Assembly: GCA_050949565.1 (NCBI GenBank)
Contig: JBMNFY010000017.1
Span: forward strand, 256,001-320,000
Reading direction: 5' to 3'
Origin: Kiritimatiellia bacterium
GTDB taxonomy: Bacteria > Verrucomicrobiota > Kiritimatiellia > RFP12 > UBA1067
Length of the DNA stretch: 64,000 bases
Shown: in pieces, positions 59,183-64,000 of the stretch
How the letters are laid out: each line of letters opens with the position of its first letter
Numbering within the stretch: position 1 is the first letter of the stretch
The notes under the pieces: generated by a model
The model's input: the letters and a program-made list of their open reading frames with translations, nothing else
What the model was told of the DNA's origin: nothing
Database searches by the model: none
Program-made: the position numbers and the translations under genes

Positions 59183-60427
59183 TCACTTCACCGTCACGTC
59201 GATCACATATACCTGACGCGAGCCTTCGTGGACCGAGTTGAACGCCAGCATCTTGCCGTCCGGACGCCAGCGCGGGTGCAGATCGCAACGCGAGTATTGT
59301 TCGCGGTACAACTCCGGCACAAAGAACCCGCCGAGCGGCAACACCGCATGATCCGCCATGCGCATGACCATCAACTTGCGCTCGCTCAGTCTATCCGGAT
59401 AGGTGTCGGTCGCCATCCATTTACCATCGTCCGAAAAAACGCCGTGCCCATCAAAGTCCAGCAAGCCCTTGCCCAGACGCGTGTAGTCCTCCTTGCCGGG
59501 CGTGAAAAGCACATGACTCCATACGGCGTCCTTGTACTTAGCGGTGACCATCAGACGGTCACCGTCGAGCCAGTTGAAGTGCGACCCGCCCCAGCCATCC
59601 GGGAAACAGCGGCGCACGTCACTGCCATCCCGATTGCAGGTGAACGAGGTGGTCTCCCACTTGCGCACCACTTTCTGGCCCGCGAGGTTCTCAACGGTAC
59701 GCGCCAACCAGAAGATCTTCGATCCATCGCGGCTGAAAACCGTGTGGCAGAAATAGGCCAGCGCCTTGGGATCCTTGACCTGCGGCATGCGATCACGCAC
59801 CGAGGCAATGGTGACGATCAACCGCGCCTCGCCGTTCGCCAAATTTACGAGCCAAAGCCCGTCATCCTCCGGCCAGACCGTATCAACGCGGGCGTCCTGC
59901 CCATTGCCGCCATAGCCGTAGTCCGGACGCGTCAGCCGCAGCCGCGCATAGTTGATGCTGACCGCCCAACGGCCATCCTGCGAAACCGCACTCACCGGGA
60001 ACGGCACCACGCGCCGCGTGCGCTTCTCCATGTCGTAGACGACCGAGACAAAACGGCCGTCCACCAGATCGTTAAAGATGAACTGCGTCTGAGGCGCGGT
60101 GCCGAGCCAGTGCGCCATGGTCGCCTCTTGGAAATTCCAGCAGCGCGTCTCGGTCAGCGGAATGAAGCGATTGCCATCCTGCGCGTCCACCACGCCCAAC
60201 ACGGCGACATCCTGCTCGGTGGGCAGGCGGTTCTTGACATCGGTTTCCAGCACCGTGGCGTACCGGCCATCCGCGCTCCAAGCGTTGATCGCATAGTAGC
60301 TCGCAAAAAGGTGATCTTTCGGACCGGATGTGATCGCGCGCGGCGCGGAGAAAACGGGGAAATCTCCCGCCAGCGCCACCCCGGCCAGCACCGTACAAAC
60401 CAAACACAATCCTGCTCTTTTTTTCAT
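59183..60427 (-). CDS. Secreted beta-propeller protein (TolB-like / oligogalacturonate-lyase-like)
   Basis: Signal peptide; WSADGRY, TDTYPD and RCDLHPRWRPDGK...RQVY. Confidence 0.65.
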   Translation of the reverse strand: MKKRAGLCLVCTVLAGVALAGDFPVFSAPRAITSGPKDHLFASYYAINAWSADGRYATVLETDVKNRLPTEQDVAVLGVVDAQDGNRFIPLTETRCWNFQEATMAHWLGTAPQTQFIFNDLVDGRFVSVVYDMEKRTRRVVPFPVSAVSQDGRWAVSINYARLRLTRPDYGYGGNGQDARVDTVWPEDDGLWLVNLANGEARLIVTIASVRDRMPQVKDPKALAYFCHTVFSRDGSKIFWLARTVENLAGQKVVRKWETTSFTCNRDGSDVRRCFPDGWGGSHFNWLDGDRLMVTAKYKDAVWSHVLFTPGKEDYTRLGKGLLDFDGHGVFSDDGKWMATDTYPDRLSERKLMVMRMADHAVLPLGGFFVPELYREQYSRCDLHPRWRPDGKMLAFNSVHEGSRQVYVIDVTVK

Positions 60428-61317
60428 TATGCGTCTCCCTTAATGAGTTCATCCCACCGCTGCTTCTGCTTGGCGATCTCCTTGAAGCGCGCCTCGTTGT
60501 CCGGCTTGTCGCCGATCTCCAGCAGACAGAAACCGCTCCAGCCGATGCGCTTCAGAAAGGCGCACTGCGTCTCATAGAACTTCGCCGCCGTGTAGCTCGC
60601 CGCCGTGAGATCGTGTACGTGTACGGTGCTGCCGAGATAGGGCGCGACCTTCTCAAGGTTGGCCGCGAGTCCCTCACCCTTCGTGTCGCGGAAGTCGCTG
60701 TTAAGCTTCAGCCGCAGGCCGGGATGATCCACCGCCTTGGCGATGGTCGCCAGATGCGGCAGCAACCCCGCGCTGCCGTGCGCCTCAAGCCGCAGTTCCA
60801 CGCCAAGGGATGTGGCCACAGGTGCCAGAAGCTTGAGCGACGTCGCGATCTGATCGAGCGTCTTCTCCTGCGGCACGTCTTTATGGAAATCATTTGGGAA
60901 GACGCGCAACCCGCCCGCGCCGAGATCCGCGCAGAACTGGAGCATCTCCTTAGTCCGCTCAATCGCCCGCGCAAGCCGGGCGGCGTCAGGCGAGTCGTAA
61001 CGCTCGCCGCTGGCGACACCGACCAGCTTGACCGGGCTGTCGGCAAAGCGCTTCGCGGCCTCGGCACGCGCAGCCTTGCTGCTGGTGAGTTCCAGACCAT
61101 GCGCGTACTTCATGTCGGTCCGGATCTCGACCCCGAACAACCCGAATCGCGGCAGAAACTCAATCAGCTCGGCAACCGTCCACCGGCTCCCGATCTGGTA
61201 GGTGGTCAGGCCCAACTGCACCCCGTTCTTCGCCGCGCGTGCCTTTGCCGCAGGCACCGCCAAAGCTGCGGCCAACGCCGCACCGCCACTCATCATGAAA
61301 TCGCGCCGTGTCATCAT
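60427..61317 (-). CDS. Tat-exported sugar phosphate isomerase/epimerase (xylose-isomerase-like TIM barrel)
   Basis: MMTRRDFM Tat motif; GVEIR, LRVF, LEAHG and VHVHD. Confidence 0.82.
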   Translation of the reverse strand: MMTRRDFMMSGGAALAAALAVPAAKARAAKNGVQLGLTTYQIGSRWTVAELIEFLPRFGLFGVEIRTDMKYAHGLELTSSKAARAEAAKRFADSPVKLVGVASGERYDSPDAARLARAIERTKEMLQFCADLGAGGLRVFPNDFHKDVPQEKTLDQIATSLKLLAPVATSLGVELRLEAHGSAGLLPHLATIAKAVDHPGLRLKLNSDFRDTKGEGLAANLEKVAPYLGSTVHVHDLTAASYTAAKFYETQCAFLKRIGWSGFCLLEIGDKPDNEARFKEIAKQKQRWDELIKGDA

Positions 61318-62285
61318 CTTCCTCCTCTGTGTGCCTCGTTCCCGCCGTCTCTTGCGCGGCATGATACCACAACGCCATACCGCGCCCGAAACGACCGGGG
61401 CAGTGTCGCACATTCCAAGCGACTTGTCTACCCCGCCATTTCGGCAACAGGCTCAACCTGCGATCATTTTGTAAACGATAAGTAGCGCCATGACGACAAG
61501 AATAACCAAGGCAAAGATAGCCCCTTCGTTTCCTTTAAATTTGGACATGGTATCCTCCAACTGTTGAACGTGAAGACAATGCGATCAACCGCATGACGCG
61601 GTTGCGTACAGAGAAACGATCGGTCGGCAAGCCCATCTCGATCCCGCCGTGCGGAATACACGTAAAAAGGCATGCCGCCGACATCGGCATTTTCAACAGA
61701 GGAGTTGCGTGGAGCGCGCCACGGCCTGTCGGTCACAGTGCCCAGAGGCATGCCGACCGCCGCGTCTTAGATCCGCGCGCATGGTTCGTAAAGACGAGAG
61801 AAGTAGGAGCCGCGCCCACCTGTCGCGGCCGTCAATCCACCGGGGACAAGCGTGCATGGCCGGCGGCGTCCATTCGCGCCCATCGGGCAATACAGCGTAG
61901 AGTGTCGGCCGCTGCACGCAGCCGGAGAGACTAGCCCCCTCTCCGGGGCATGTCCCGGCAGACAGCGCCCCCAGTCCGCCGGTGGTTCCACCGAGGTCAT
62001 GCCCCGCATCACGCACGCCGCCCAGCCAGAGAAGCACGGCACAGAGCAGAAGCATTTCGCCTGCCCGCACCGCGCCCCGCAGCCATTTCCTGACGCGCAT
62101 CCTACGGAAACATGACCTTACTCCAACCATGGGAGAGAGCATACCAGACCCCGCGCACAGCCGCAAGCGATTGCACGTCGGGCAGAATTGCGGTAACATG
62201 ATGGCAGTTCGTGTGGCACTGTACTGCTTACAGAATGAACGGCGCACCGTGCGCGTTTCTCGTCCACCCGACAGTGAAATACAGC

Positions 62286-62981
62286 ATGTGTGACGCTTCC
62301 AAAAAAAGGGGATCGGCCCTCGGCAGGCACCTTCAATCACGGCTCACTTCAGGGCTCGTGATTTTCATTCCCATTGCCATCACGCTATTCGTCCTGCGCG
62401 CCACGATCCGGCTGCTCACGTCGTTCGTGCTCCCCTGGCTGCGGAACCTGCCCTTCAACATTCCCGATGCCGCGCTGGTAGCCGTCGCGCTGACGGTTAT
62501 GGCTATTTCCGTCTACATCACCGGGCTTGTCGCGGCCCACTTCTTCGGACGCCGACTGATCCGCTGGGGCGACCGTCTCCTACTTAGGCTACCCATCGTG
62601 AAGCCTGTCTATTCAGCGTCGAGACAGGTTGTGAGCATCTTCGCATCGCCTTCAAGAACGGCGTTCCATGCCGTGGCTCTGGCCGAGTTTCCCCGGAAGG
62701 ACTCCTTCTCCGTGGGGTTTATCACCGGGACAATGATCGACCCAGAAGGGGTGCCGATGTACTGCATTTTTATTCCCACCACGCCCAATCCGACAACCGG
62801 GTTTATTATCATGCAGCCCGAAGATGAAACCATCGTGACCGACCTCTCTGTCGAAGAGGGCGTCAAGATGATCATTTCAGACGGAATGCTGTCGCCGCAC
62901 TCGTATCGGACCCGCACCCTGCCGCCGATCAAGCGAAAAACGAAGAACGCCCAACGCCCAACGCCGAACTCAGAAGGATGA
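62286..62981 (+). CDS. DUF502 family membrane protein
   Basis: PIAIT, RLPIVKPVYS, EFPR, GFIT and FIPTTPNPTTGF motifs. Confidence 0.9.
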   Translation: MCDASKKRGSALGRHLQSRLTSGLVIFIPIAITLFVLRATIRLLTSFVLPWLRNLPFNIPDAALVAVALTVMAISVYITGLVAAHFFGRRLIRWGDRLLLRLPIVKPVYSASRQVVSIFASPSRTAFHAVALAEFPRKDSFSVGFITGTMIDPEGVPMYCIFIPTTPNPTTGFIIMQPEDETIVTDLSVEEGVKMIISDGMLSPHSYRTRTLPPIKRKTKNAQRPTPNSEG

Positions 62982-63046
62982 AAGTTGAAGCTTGTCGTGG
63001 AATGCCGAGGCAAATGTCACGCCGCTCACGAGAGATGTAAAAAATT

Positions 63047-63634
63047 TGCGGCGGCAAGCGGGTTTCCGCGCGACGCCGCTTTGATTTTGTGGCAAGATAA
63101 CTAGGGCTGACAGATGCGAGAACGCAGTACCATGGCGTTACCAAGGTAGTTCCATGATTTGAATGTCTAATGTCAAATTACGACCCCAAACCGCACATGA
63201 TTTGAATGTCTAATGTCAAATTACGACCCCAAACCGCACTAAAAAGAGCAGTTGAAATCTCAACGCTCTTGGGTTTCTGGCATGGCTCGGTTTTTTGGAA
63301 CCGCAGATGACGCAGATTTCGCAGATTTTTGACGACAATAAAACCATTAGTGTCCATTCGTGTTTATTCGTGGTTCAAGCATTGGGAACCACATAGAACA
63401 CAGAGAGCACAGAGTTTTTTGCGGGTATGGCCGCAGGTCGCAGGTCGTAAGTCGCGGGTCATGTCAACACACGAACAAGGCACACCGATCCCGATACCGA
63501 TCCGCAAGTCTGACGAAAGAATTTGGAATGCGGCGGCAAGCGGGTTTCCGCGCGACGCCGCTTTGATTTTGTGGCAAGATAACTAGGGCTGACAGATGCG
63601 AGAACGTAGCACCATGGCGTTACCAAGGTGGTTC
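63047..63634. repeat. 106-bp direct repeats (63047-63152 and 63529-63634) beginning with a REP-like half
   Basis: Only 3 mismatches seen. Each begins TGCGGCGGCAAGCG...CGACGCCGCTTT, which is related to 16825-16935. Confidence 0.9.
63153..63238. repeat. Perfect 43-bp tandem duplication
   Basis: CATGATTTGAATGTCTAATGTCAAATTACGACCCCAAACCGCA x2. Confidence 0.92.
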
Positions 63635-63769
63635 TCATGATTTCTCGTGGTTTGACAGTGACAGTGCCGGGGAAGTTTGGTACGTTTCAACCATACAGAC
63701 GATGCGGCAGTCCGTTGCCTGAGTGGCTACAATATCGGAATCGCGCCAGACGGTTTAGAGAAAACGCTT

Positions 63770-64000
63770 ATGACATTCGTTGACCTTCTTTCAAGCATTC
63801 GTAAGAGCGCCTTTACGGAAAAAGACAAGGGTACCCGCTTCGAAAATCTCATGCGGGCGTATCTCTTGACCGATCCGCTGTACGCGACCACGCTGAAGAC
63901 CGTCTGGTTGTGGTCGGATTTTCCCTTCCGGAAGGATTTCAGCGGCAAAGACACGGGCATTGATCTCGTCGCCAAAACAGTCAAGGGCGAGTATTGGGCA
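63770..64000 (+). CDS. N-terminus of a Type ISP (LlaGI/LlaBIII-like) restriction-modification enzyme, Mrr-like nuclease domain; runs off the window
   Basis: Manual translation: MTFVDLL...EKDKGTRFENLMRAYLLTDPLY...VWLW...DTGIDLVAKTVKGEYWA. Confidence 0.8.
   Translation, partial: MTFVDLLSSIRKSAFTEKDKGTRFENLMRAYLLTDPLYATTLKTVWLWSDFPFRKDFSGKDTGIDLVAKTVKGEYWA

Noticed and set aside
61593-62340. Several overlapping ORFs between the epimerase and DUF502 genes
   Set aside because: No recognisable motif or RBS; I could not choose a credible frame.
63153-63238. Possible CRISPR array
   Set aside because: Two abutting 43-bp copies with no spacer, and no cas genes in the window.

Overview
A GC-rich bacterial chromosome segment. 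Gene content, protein styles and intergenic repeats suggest a PVC-superphylum organism, probably Kiritimatiellia/Verrucomicrobiota (inference). Housekeeping blocks include ispE-tRNA-Gln-prs-rplY-pth-rpsF-ssb-rpsR-rplI-dnaB, ktrB-metY-ktrA, leuA-thiN-cobB, rpsA, tyrS and gdhA-gph. They are interleaved with very large secreted proteins (two >2000-aa PATR/PA14 proteins and a BspA-type LRR protein), a CAZyme and phosphatase cluster, and a layer of small mobile DNA. That layer comprises a complete DDE IS, a cognate 101-bp MITE inserted in-frame in a signal peptide, a REP-flanked RAYT with an extra C-terminal domain next to what looks like its empty site, and several REP/REPIN families. The window starts in a SWIM-SNF2 helicase gene and ends in a Type ISP restriction-modification gene. 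The most interesting observations are the RAYT filled/empty-site pair, the in-frame MITE, a shared short C-terminal motif on barrel-less PATR proteins, a leader-peptide attenuator on leuA, a structured RNA upstream of rplY, and an ispE stop codon inside tRNA-Gln. All calls come from reading the sequence by eye; no searches or folding programs were run.
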